This document shows, one piece after another, positions 39,358 to 47,922 of a stretch of DNA of 64,000 nucleotides. Each line of letters starts with the position of its first letter. The stretch's first letter is position 1. The translations under genes were made by a program, and so were the position numbers. The notes under the pieces were generated by a model. That model did not search any database. It was given only the letters and a program-made list of their open reading frames with translations, and was not told the DNA's origin. The stretch is from an uncultured delta proteobacterium. Lineage in GTDB: Bacteria > Myxococcota_A > Polyangia > Polyangiales > JAFGIB01. Location of the stretch: assembly GCA_963778655.1 (NCBI GenBank), contig CAVZVA010000009.1, forward strand, positions 320,001 through 384,000, in the 5' to 3' direction.

Positions 39358-39425
39358 TTCACAGGAGGACGGGAAGATCGGGCTCTACCTTCGGCTTCCC
39401 GCCTTCCCGTCTTGCTGTTGCATCC
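39358..39425. repeat. REP-like palindromic repeat, copy 3
   Basis: ACAGGAGGACGGGAAGATCGGG (39361-39382) ... CTTCCCGCCTTCCCGTCTTGCTGT (39395-39418); supplies the last codons and stop of the kinase gene. Confidence 0.7.
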
Positions 39426-40809
39426 TCGCAGCTGCGGCCGCCTCGAGCTCGCGGTTTCTGCGGTCCAGCTCGATGAAGCGCTGGGCCAGCGCTTCGACGA
39501 AGGCCTTGAGCCACTGGGTGCGCTCGAGCTCGCGCCGTAGCGCGTCGCGCGTCACCCGCAGCAGCGTGACCTCGGTGTTGGCGGCCACGCTCGCGGTGCG
39601 CGTCGAGGCGCCGAAGATAGAGGTCTCGCCGAACACCTCGCCCGCGCCCAGCATGCGCATGAAGCGCTTCTCGCCGTCGATCACCCGAAACAGCTCGCAC
39701 TCGCCTTCGAGCAGGATGTATGCCGCGTCCGGCAGGTCGCCCTCGCGCAGCACCAGCGCGCCGCCTGGCAACCGGACTGTCTCGAACCAGCCTCCGCCGC
39801 GCATGAAGCGCTCGAGCTCGAGCTTGAGCTCTTCCACCGAGGCGAAGCGCTCCTCGGGCCTGGCGGCCAGCGCCCGCATCGCAATCCGACATAGCCCCGG
39901 TGGCAGGGCGCGCTGCCTGGCCACATCTTGGGGCCTGCGCACGAAACCGCGCCGCGCGAGATCGGAATCCGCGTCGTGGCTGCCGCCGTCGTGAGGGGGC
40001 GCCAAGGTCAACATGGCGTACAGGATGCCCCCCAGGCCGTAGATGTCGGTGCGCTCGTCGATGTCCTCGCCGCGGCCCCACGCCTGCTCCGGAGCCATGT
40101 ACGCCGGCGTGCCGCTCAGCGTGGCCTGGGCGTAGGGCTTGGTCGGCCGTTCGTGCGGCGATTCGGCGCTCTGCGCTTCGCGGCGCACGGCCACGCCCCA
40201 GTCTGTCACGTAGACCTGGCCGTGGCTGCCCACCATCACATTGCCCGGCTTGAGATCGCAGTGGATGACGTCGCGGCTGTGGGCGAACGCGATCGCGTCG
40301 CAGACCTTGAGCATGATCGTCAGCAAGCGCTCGAGCTCCGGCTCCTGCAGCGGCGTGGCCCCGAGCCGCTCGAGCAGGTCGGCGAGCGTCTCGCCCTCGA
40401 CCAGCTTCATGGTGAAGCGCGCGGCCTGCCCGGCGTCCTCCAGCATCACGTCATGCACCGGTACTACGTTGGGATGGTCGAGCTGGCCGGTGATGCGCGC
40501 CTCCTCCACGAACTGGGCGTGCCCGGTCGGATCGCGATCGTGGTCGTGGACCTTCATCGCCACGCGCCTGCGGACCACGCGATCGAACACCAGTCGAATC
40601 GCGGACATACCGCCGCGCGCCAGCTCTCCGAGATCCTCGTAGCGCGCGCGCCAAGCGGGCAGGGCGTGCGCGGCCTGATCGCTGGTCCCCATGCGCAGCG
40701 TGGGAGGGTCCTGGCCGGCTGCGCGCACGGTGGTGACGCTCTGGGGCGGCGGCGCCTCCGGGTCCGGGCGCTCCGCGGTGGTGGGGCGATTGGAACGCGA
40801 CTCCGCCAT
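39385..40809 (-). CDS. Ser/Thr protein kinase with C-terminal cyclic-nucleotide-binding domain
   Basis: LARGGM, VAMK, HCDLKPGN, DWG, GTPAYMAPEQ; cNMP domain LREGD...GEVFGETS...RTASVAA. Confidence 0.9.
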   Translation of the reverse strand: MAESRSNRPTTAERPDPEAPPPQSVTTVRAAGQDPPTLRMGTSDQAAHALPAWRARYEDLGELARGGMSAIRLVFDRVVRRRVAMKVHDHDRDPTGHAQFVEEARITGQLDHPNVVPVHDVMLEDAGQAARFTMKLVEGETLADLLERLGATPLQEPELERLLTIMLKVCDAIAFAHSRDVIHCDLKPGNVMVGSHGQVYVTDWGVAVRREAQSAESPHERPTKPYAQATLSGTPAYMAPEQAWGRGEDIDERTDIYGLGGILYAMLTLAPPHDGGSHDADSDLARRGFVRRPQDVARQRALPPGLCRIAMRALAARPEERFASVEELKLELERFMRGGGWFETVRLPGGALVLREGDLPDAAYILLEGECELFRVIDGEKRFMRMLGAGEVFGETSIFGASTRTASVAANTEVTLLRVTRDALRRELERTQWLKAFVEALAQRFIELDRRNRELEAAAAARMQQQDGKAGSRR

Positions 40810-40941
40810 ACCCGCCGCGACAGGATAGAGGCCGGGCGGTGCGAAGCCAAGGTAACGCCGGCCCGCGCGGCCCCGGCCGCCCGCTTTGGTGTATCATGGC
40901 CGGCAAGGGTGAGGGTGCCGTGGCGCCGGCGCCAAGCGTCC

Positions 40942-42015
40942 ATGCCGAGCAGCGATCGCCCCACGGGCACAAGCGAGCCCCGCAATCGCGAGCGAACCGC
41001 GGTGCGCGCGGGCCGGGTCCGCATTGCGCTCGGGGCGTTCGGGCTGCTGGTATCGTTGTTCATGCCGGGAATCGTGGCCTACCGGCCGATCTTCGCCGGC
41101 TACATGGCGCTCGCGCTGTTCTTCCAGTGGGTGATCCAGCGCCGCGTGTTCCGTACCATCACGCGCGCGCTGTTGATGGGCCTGGTCGACTTGCTGTTCA
41201 TCGGCTTCTTCGTGCAGCGTCTGGGCAGCGTCACCTCGGTGGTGCCGCTCGCCTACGTGGTGACCCCGGTGCTGTACGCGACCAGCACGCGCCGCCGCCG
41301 CATCTCGACGCTGATCGCGGTGGCGGGTGCGGCCAGCTACGCGTTGATCGTGCTGCTCGAGCAGCTCCGGGTGTTGCCTTACGCGCCGGCCGCGACCGAC
41401 GCGCTGCGTCCGGACCCGGGGACCGCGCTCGCGAGCGTGCTGTTGGTCGTGAGCTGCGCCTCGGTCACTGCCGCGCTCACCGCCCAGCTGTTTTCGGCGC
41501 TCGGTGCGGCCAACGCGCGCCTGCGCGACTTGAGCCAACACGACGAGCTGACCGGGCTGTTCAACCGGCGCTACATGATGCAACGGCTGGAAGCCGAGCT
41601 GGCCCGGCTCAAGCGCAAGGCTGGCGCGCTCACGGTGGCGATGGTGGATCTCGACGGCTTCAAGCGCGTCAACGACGAGGAGGGACACGATCTGGGTGAT
41701 GCCGTGCTCAAGGCGGTCGCGGGCGCGCTGCTCGTGGCCACGCGCCGGGCCGATGTGGTGGCGCGCTACGGCGGCGACGAGTTCTTGATCCTGCTGCCCG
41801 ATACCCAAGCCGAGGGCGCGGCGCTGGTCGGCGCGCGCGTGATCGATCTGGCGCGCGACGCGGCGCGGCGTGTTTGTCCGGCGATTCCGGTGACGGCCAG
41901 TATCGGCACCACCACGCTGCGTCCCACCGACGACCCGACCGAGATCATCCGCCGGGTCGACGAGCAGCTCTACGCGGCAAAGCGGGCCGGCGGCGACCGC
42001 GTGGTCACCGGCTAG
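40942..42015 (+). CDS. Membrane-bound diguanylate cyclase (GGDEF)
   Basis: Several TM helices, HDELTGLFNRR, DLDGFKRVND, I-site RRAD, RYGGDEF. Confidence 0.92.
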   Translation: MPSSDRPTGTSEPRNRERTAVRAGRVRIALGAFGLLVSLFMPGIVAYRPIFAGYMALALFFQWVIQRRVFRTITRALLMGLVDLLFIGFFVQRLGSVTSVVPLAYVVTPVLYATSTRRRRISTLIAVAGAASYALIVLLEQLRVLPYAPAATDALRPDPGTALASVLLVVSCASVTAALTAQLFSALGAANARLRDLSQHDELTGLFNRRYMMQRLEAELARLKRKAGALTVAMVDLDGFKRVNDEEGHDLGDAVLKAVAGALLVATRRADVVARYGGDEFLILLPDTQAEGAALVGARVIDLARDAARRVCPAIPVTASIGTTTLRPTDDPTEIIRRVDEQLYAAKRAGGDRVVTG

Positions 42016-42182
42016 AGCACCGAACATATTGAAACGTGTGCGAAGTCGAGGTCATGGCGGGATGCAGGGTGCGGGCGGGAGCCCGAAGGCGTAGTCCATC
42101 CTAGGTCGAGCGGGGAGCGCGCGTGCCATGCGCCCGCGAGGGCCCCGAAATCGTGCGTGTTTCAATATGTTCGGTGCTCTAG
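42012..42182. mobile_element. MITE (non-autonomous element) with 24-bp perfect terminal inverted repeats including CTAG
   Basis: CTAGAGCACCGAACATATTGAAAC (42012-42035) and GTTTCAATATGTTCGGTGCTCTAG (42159-42182); no internal gene. Confidence 0.85.
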
Positions 42183-42239
42183 GGTCGCGTGACCCGAGGT
42201 AGAGCGTGGCAGTCTCGGCAGCGTGACCCTCCCGATATC

Positions 42240-42386
42240 TCAAGCCTGCCCGGCCAGCACGGTGTACACCGCACGCCCGTTGGTCCACACCGCGAGGGTC
42301 TGGTTGCCGTTGTGGGTGAGCTGCAACACCCAGCCCGGTAGGGCTGAGAAGCGTACCGCCGAGCCCTGGAGCGGATACCATTTCAT
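42240..42386 (-). CDS. Possible 48-aa small protein or gene remnant
   Basis: MKWYPLQGSAVRFSALPGWVLQLTHNGNQTLAVWTNGRAVYTVLAGQA; strong GC3 bias; below the ORF-track cutoff. Confidence 0.3.
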   Translation of the reverse strand: MKWYPLQGSAVRFSALPGWVLQLTHNGNQTLAVWTNGRAVYTVLAGQA

Positions 42387-42412
42387 GCCGGGGGTCCGAT
42401 CTTGCTATCATT

Positions 42413-43045
42413 ATGACCCAGGCGGGTACGCGAGGCCCGCTTTCGAAGATGGTGCACACCGCGAGACGAAGCCGGACGCGGGCCCCACGCGTCGAGCTGA
42501 GGCGAAGCGTGCTGGCCGCTGCCTTGCTGGCCACCGTCTGCTGCAGCCGCAGCAATCCCGCGGTGCCGGGTCTCGACGGCAAGCTGGTGAGCCCGCTGGC
42601 GCGGCACGCGCCGGCCACCGTGCTGGTGTTCACCTCGACCGAGTGCCCGATCTCCAACCAGTTCGCGCCCGAGCTGGTCCGCATCCGCGACGAGTTCAAG
42701 GCCCGCGGCGTCTCGATGTGGCTGGTCTACCCGAGCCACCTCGACAACGTGGCCAAGATCCGCAAGCACGTGCAGGAGTACCACTACGACCTGCCCGCGC
42801 TGCGCGATCCCGAGCACATGCTGGTGAAGCGTGCGGAGGCGACGGTGACGCCCGAGGCTGCGGTCTTCGACAAGGACGGCTCGCTCGCATACGCGGGCCG
42901 CATCGACGACCGCTACGTCTCGCTCGGCCGGGCCCGGCCCGCGCCGACGCGGCACGATCTGGAGAGCGCGCTTTCGGCCGTGCTCGCCGGCCACGCGGTG
43001 CGTCCCGATCGCACCCGTCCGGTCGGCTGCTGGATCGCCGACTGA
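42413..43045 (+). CDS. Exported redoxin (AhpC/TSA-like thioredoxin fold)
   Basis: Signal/lipoprotein-like segment, VLVFTSTECPISN, ATVTPEA, YAGRIDD, C-terminal PVGC. Confidence 0.85.
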   Translation: MTQAGTRGPLSKMVHTARRSRTRAPRVELRRSVLAAALLATVCCSRSNPAVPGLDGKLVSPLARHAPATVLVFTSTECPISNQFAPELVRIRDEFKARGVSMWLVYPSHLDNVAKIRKHVQEYHYDLPALRDPEHMLVKRAEATVTPEAAVFDKDGSLAYAGRIDDRYVSLGRARPAPTRHDLESALSAVLAGHAVRPDRTRPVGCWIAD

Positions 43046-43247
43046 TCTCGGTCGCCATCCGTACGCGGGCGAGCTCGAACCGAAGATCTACAGGAAGCCG
43101 GACCAAATGACCGATCACGATTCGGGAACGGCCATGCCGATCGGTCATGTAGCGGTGCGGCGGATGCCGCACCACCGCGAGAGGGTGAATGCGCGAGGCT
43201 TTGCCCCGCGCACAGGAAGTCGGCGCGACTCCCTGACAATCAGAGGA

Positions 43248-43292
43248 GAAATCAGAGTTTGCGATTCGATCCCGAATCGCGAGCTCTGATTT
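43248..43292. terminator. Long hairpin immediately downstream of the minus-strand gene (possible terminator)
   Basis: AAATCAGAGTTTGCGATTCG-ATCC-CGAATCGCGAGCTCTGATTT, a 20-bp stem with two G-U pairs. Confidence 0.55.
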
Positions 43293-45084
43293 AGCGCGCG
43301 GCGGGCGGGTGCCGCGCAGTGGCGAGCGCGGCCAGACCGGCTTCTGCCGCTCGCCACGCCGGGCGCAGCCGCAACGCTTCGGCATAATGTGTGCGCGCCG
43401 CCTCCAGCTTGCCGCGACCGCGCAGCGCGTCGGCGAGCATCACGTGCGCCAGCGCGTCGCGCGGGTCCCGCTGCAGCACGGCGTCCAGCTGGCCCAGCGC
43501 CTCGTCCACGCGTCCCAGGCGCTCGAGCGCGTTGGCCAGGGCCAAGTGCGCCTGCACATCGAGCGGCGCGAGCGCGACCGCAGTCTGCAGCTCGGGCACC
43601 GCCTCGGCCGGCTCGTCGATCGCGAGCAGCACGCCGGCCAGGTTGTAGTGCGCGGGCTTGAGCTTCGGGTCCATCGCGATCGCGGCGTGGTATTCGGCGA
43701 TCGCTTCGGCGTTCTTGCCTTGCCGCGCCAGCGCGTTGGCCAGGTTGTAGTGCGTCTCGGGGCTGCGCGCGCGGGAGAGCTGGCGGCGGTACTTCGATTC
43801 CAGCAGCACGTCGAGCTCGGCCGGCCGCACGGGCATCGCCTGAAAGGTCACGTTGCCCATCTCGTCGGTCGAGTTCACTCCGTCGCGCACGCGCTTGGGC
43901 GGGCGGTTGGGGTTGCGCACGTTGTCGGAGGAGTTGTCGTAGGTGAACTCCATCTGCAGCGTGCTGCCCGCCGGCAGCAGCGGCGGCGAGACGTAGTCGA
44001 ATTCGTCCTGCCAGTTGAAGTCCCAGTCGTCGATCTCCAGCAGCGGTAGCCTGCTGCCGTCGGGCAGCGTCGACCAGATCCGCATCTTGCGCGCCAGGTA
44101 ATGCGCGTGGGGAAACATCCCGAGGATGCGCACGGGCGCCGGCAGCGTGTACGAGTCGGTCATGCGGTAGTGCTTTTCGCCGGGCGGGATGTCGATCGGA
44201 AGATCGCCGATGCGCACCGAGTAGCGCCGCTGCGTCGGCGGCACGTCCGAGAAGTACAGCGCGATCTGAGGATCGATGCGCTCGGGCTTGCCGAGGCGCT
44301 GCATGTGCAGCTGCAAGACCAGATCGGTGTGCGCGTCGAGCCGCCAGGCGGAGCCGTCGTGAACGCGCGCGGCCGACTTGCCTGGAGCCCACACCAGGTA
44401 GAAGCCATCGGGCGCCTGGGCGCCGTCGAACTCCATCGCGCCGAACCCAGGCCCGGGGTCGGCCGCGTCCGCGCGCCGCGCATTGCCCATGCGGTCGACT
44501 TTGAGGATCGCGTGGTGAACCGCTCGGCTCCCGGGTTTCAGCTCCCAGGCCACCACGTACTTCAGGCTCTCGACCGGCGACGCGATCACGAAATTGCGGT
44601 ATTCGTCCTGGCCGCTCGGGCCCAGCACGTAGGGCGTGTCCAGATGCACCACCGCGTCCGGCTCGCCCAGCTGGAAATCCTTCGGCCACTTCGGCATGGG
44701 CGGCAGGTCGGCCGGGTCGCCCTCGATCATGCCGTCGTCGACCCAGCGCCGGAACAGCGCGATCTGGGATGCCTTCAGCGAGCGATCGCCGATGAACCTG
44801 CCGTTGCGGTCGGAAGGCTTCCACGGCGGCATGTAGCGGTCTTCGACCACGTCCGCGATGTCGTGGCCGTGCTCGCGGTAGTCGGCGTAGGTGAGCAAGC
44901 TGAACGGTCCGGATTGACCGGGTCGATGGCAGACCGCGCAGCGTGCGAAGGCCAGCGGCGCGATGTCCCGGGTGAAGGTCACCCGCATGCTCGCACGGTA
45001 GACCAGCGCCACGGCCACCCAGGCCCCGCATGCCGCCAGCGCGGCCGCCGCAAGCCGCGCGCGCCGGCCCGCCACCGCCTTCAT
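43291..45084 (-). CDS. Cytochrome c / copper type II monooxygenase-like (PHM/DBH) / TPR protein
   Basis: VTFTRDIAP...CAVCH...MPPW (c-type heme); VHHA, PHAHY, WDFNWQ, DEM copper-ligand motifs; C-terminal TPRs (HYNLANAL...). Confidence 0.8.
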   Translation of the reverse strand: MKAVAGRRARLAAAALAACGAWVAVALVYRASMRVTFTRDIAPLAFARCAVCHRPGQSGPFSLLTYADYREHGHDIADVVEDRYMPPWKPSDRNGRFIGDRSLKASQIALFRRWVDDGMIEGDPADLPPMPKWPKDFQLGEPDAVVHLDTPYVLGPSGQDEYRNFVIASPVESLKYVVAWELKPGSRAVHHAILKVDRMGNARRADAADPGPGFGAMEFDGAQAPDGFYLVWAPGKSAARVHDGSAWRLDAHTDLVLQLHMQRLGKPERIDPQIALYFSDVPPTQRRYSVRIGDLPIDIPPGEKHYRMTDSYTLPAPVRILGMFPHAHYLARKMRIWSTLPDGSRLPLLEIDDWDFNWQDEFDYVSPPLLPAGSTLQMEFTYDNSSDNVRNPNRPPKRVRDGVNSTDEMGNVTFQAMPVRPAELDVLLESKYRRQLSRARSPETHYNLANALARQGKNAEAIAEYHAAIAMDPKLKPAHYNLAGVLLAIDEPAEAVPELQTAVALAPLDVQAHLALANALERLGRVDEALGQLDAVLQRDPRDALAHVMLADALRGRGKLEAARTHYAEALRLRPAWRAAEAGLAALATARHPPAAR

Positions 45085-45151
45085 GATTGCCCGTGCAGCA
45101 TGATCCTTCCGCGATTGTACACCGCCTGCCGCCGGGCCCGCCTCTTACGGA

Positions 45152-45899
45152 TCACGGCTTGCGCAGCAGCACGTAGTCGTTGAGCCGGTCGCTCTTGCCG
45201 TCCGCGCGGAAGCGCTGAAGCGGCGCGAGGGCGAGCGGCGGAAGCAGGCGGTCGAGCTCGGCTTCGTCGACGAAATGACAGTAGCGCAGGGCATCGCCTG
45301 CGGCGCCCCAGCGCAGCAGCGCGTCGCCCGGCTCGAGCTCGTCCTGGTCGAGCGAGAGCTCGGGCCGCAGCGCGCCGATTTCCTCGGGCGTGAGCCGCCG
45401 CCGGGCAAAGCGTCGAATCCTGATCGAGGCGATACAGCGTGAACGCGAGCACGCCGCCCGGAGCCAGGCGCCGCGCCGCCGCCTGCAGTAGCGCGCCCCG
45501 CGTCCGCTCACCGGGCACGTGCAACAGCACACCCAGCAGCGCCACCAGCTCGTTCTCGCCGTCGGGCAGCGCGCGCTCGGCCGGCTGCGCGACGAAGTCG
45601 CAGCGCTGCAGCTGCACCTCCGGCTGCGGGTGGTGGGTGCGAGCCCGCGAGAGCAACTCCGCGCTGGCGTCGACGCCGTGATAGGTCAGCTCGCGACCAA
45701 AGCGCTCGCGCAGCGCGAGCAGCAAGCGCGCGTTGCCGCAACCGATGTCGAGCACCCGCGGCGCGGCCCCGGGCACGGCCGCGACCACCCGGCTCATGCC
45801 GCGCCACGGCCGGCTGCGCGTGCGGCTGAACGCCTCGGCGTGCTCGCGGTAGAACGCCAGGTTGATCGCGTTGAGCCGCTCGCAGGTCGCTGGCGTCAT
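45152..45899 (-). CDS. Trm9/ALKBH8-like class I SAM methyltransferase, one-base frameshift near 45413
   Basis: FSRTRSRPW, LDIGCGN, LAPGGVL in one frame; PGDALLRW, RYCHFVDEAEL, NDYVLL in the adjacent frame ending at 45152; length is 3n+1. Confidence 0.75.
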
Positions 45900-45924
45900 G
45901 GTGCGCGCTTGCGCGGCGTCGCAG

Positions 45925-47748
45925 TCAGCCGCGCTGGCGCTCGTCGTTGCCCGTGCCCTTTGCGGTCAGCGTGCTTCCCCACGGCAGAGCGCGGAGCAAC
46001 GCCGCGCCCCGCTCGCGCAGCTCGGACGAGAGCTTGCGTCGGGTCGCGCGCACGAAGGCTTGGCTCAGCTCGAGCGCCGACTGGAAGCGGTCGTCGGGGT
46101 CCTTGGCCAGCGCGATCGCCATCACGAAATCGAGCTCCGCCGGGATCCCGCGCCCGGCGGCACTCGGCCGTTTGGGCATCTTGTAGACGATGTCGAACAT
46201 GATCTGCGGCGTGCCGTCGCCCGGAAACGCGGGCTGGCCGGTCATCGCGCGGTAGAGCACCACCGCCATCGAGAACAGGTCGCTGCGATGGTCGACCTTG
46301 GCTCCACGTGCCTGCTCGGGAGACATGTAGCCCGGCGTGCCCACCACTCCCTCCTGGGTGAGCGTGCCGCCGGAGCTGGCGAGCTTGGAGATGCCGAAGT
46401 CGAGGATCTTCCAGCGCGTCCCACCGTCCTGGTCGGCTTCGTAGATGTTGAGCGGCTTGAGGTCCCGGTGGACGATGCCGGCCTCATGCGCGTGCTGCAG
46501 GCCTGCGCCGAGCTCGGAGGCCAGCCGCGCCAGCTCGGGCAGCGCGAGCTGGCCTTCCTGGCGCAGGCGCGCCGCGAGGTCGCGGCCGTGCAGCAATTCC
46601 ATCGTCAAGTACGGCGCGCCGTCGTCCAGCCGACCGACCTCGAACACGCGCACCACGTGTGGGCTGTCGAGCCGACTGCTGAGCGCGCCTTCACGCATGA
46701 TCCGCTCGACCAGGTCGTCGCGCGCGAGCGCCGTGGCCTGGAGCAGCTTGACCGCTGCGCGGCTCGCGTCGCCGACGTGCTCGGCGGCGTAGACCTCGCC
46801 GATCGCGCCCACCCCGATCACGATGCCCAGGCGATGCTCTCCGGCGAGCGCTCCGGTATAGCGGCCGGGCTTGCCGATGGCGACCCGCAAGGCGCGGTCG
46901 AGCTGATGGTGGGCTTCCGCGAGCTGGGCCTCACGCTGCTGCGCGACCAACAACGCCTCGTTCGAGCGCTCGATCGCCTGACGCATGGCCCTGCGCGAGA
47001 TGCGCGCCATCCCGAAGGTCACCAGTAGGATGGCGGTGACGGCTACGACCCCGAAGATGCGCGAGGCGAAGGCGCTGTCCTGCGCCGAAAACAAGCCCCG
47101 ATCGTCGAGCACGCCGAGCGCGGTGAGCAACGAAAGCGTGGTGTAGCTCAGGGTCACGAACATCGGCAGCAGCGTCGAGTGGATGCGGTCCGAGGATTGG
47201 CTGAGGTAGTAGATCCCGAGCGCCAGCACCACCGGCACCGGCGAGAAGAATCCCATGTAGTTTTCGACGAAGATGATCGACAGCGACACCGTCCAGCCGT
47301 AGACGCGATACACCCGGACGCCGTAGCGCGTCCGGTCCAGGGGCGGACGGGTGCGGCGCCACACCCAGATCGAGGCCAGCGCGATCACGATCAGGGCCGC
47401 TTCGCACAACGCCTTGCTGATCGGGTCGCCTCCGAGTAGCGGCAGCAGGGCCGCCACGCCGCCCGACACGAACGGAATCGCGACGGCAAAGCCGTGCACG
47501 CGCGTGGCTTCCTCCTCGAGCATCACCTCGGCCATCGCCGCCCCGGTCATGCTCGAGCCGGACGCAGAGCGCGCCGATGGGCCTTCGCTTCCGGCCTCGG
47601 ACGCCGACTCCGGCGAGCGGGCAATCACCCCCCGGGCGCTGCGGATCTCGCTGGCCGGCGGAGAACCGGAACGGAAGCGCCCCACGCGGCGTGCAACTGT
47701 CGCGGCTTCGTCATCGTCGTCCGGGGCGGGACCGTTTTCGCGCGTCAT
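45925..47748 (-). CDS. Ser/Thr protein kinase with N-terminal multi-pass membrane domain
   Basis: Several TM helices, then IGVGAIGEVY, AAVKLL, HRDLKPLN, DFG, GTPGYMSPEQ. Confidence 0.92.
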   Translation of the reverse strand: MTRENGPAPDDDDEAATVARRVGRFRSGSPPASEIRSARGVIARSPESASEAGSEGPSARSASGSSMTGAAMAEVMLEEEATRVHGFAVAIPFVSGGVAALLPLLGGDPISKALCEAALIVIALASIWVWRRTRPPLDRTRYGVRVYRVYGWTVSLSIIFVENYMGFFSPVPVVLALGIYYLSQSSDRIHSTLLPMFVTLSYTTLSLLTALGVLDDRGLFSAQDSAFASRIFGVVAVTAILLVTFGMARISRRAMRQAIERSNEALLVAQQREAQLAEAHHQLDRALRVAIGKPGRYTGALAGEHRLGIVIGVGAIGEVYAAEHVGDASRAAVKLLQATALARDDLVERIMREGALSSRLDSPHVVRVFEVGRLDDGAPYLTMELLHGRDLAARLRQEGQLALPELARLASELGAGLQHAHEAGIVHRDLKPLNIYEADQDGGTRWKILDFGISKLASSGGTLTQEGVVGTPGYMSPEQARGAKVDHRSDLFSMAVVLYRAMTGQPAFPGDGTPQIMFDIVYKMPKRPSAAGRGIPAELDFVMAIALAKDPDDRFQSALELSQAFVRATRRKLSSELRERGAALLRALPWGSTLTAKGTGNDERQRG

Positions 47749-47922
47749 GGGCCCCGGGTCCCCTTGCGGCGCCGCGCGCGGGAGGGGACCTTCACCTTTC
47801 CCCCCAATTGCAAGCAGCGCGGCCCAACGGGGCGCTCTGGCGAACAAGCCATCTTGGGGCAGTATACAACGCCCGCGACTCCCAGGACACGGACTCGTAC
47901 GACGGTGGCGGTAGGTGTGTGC

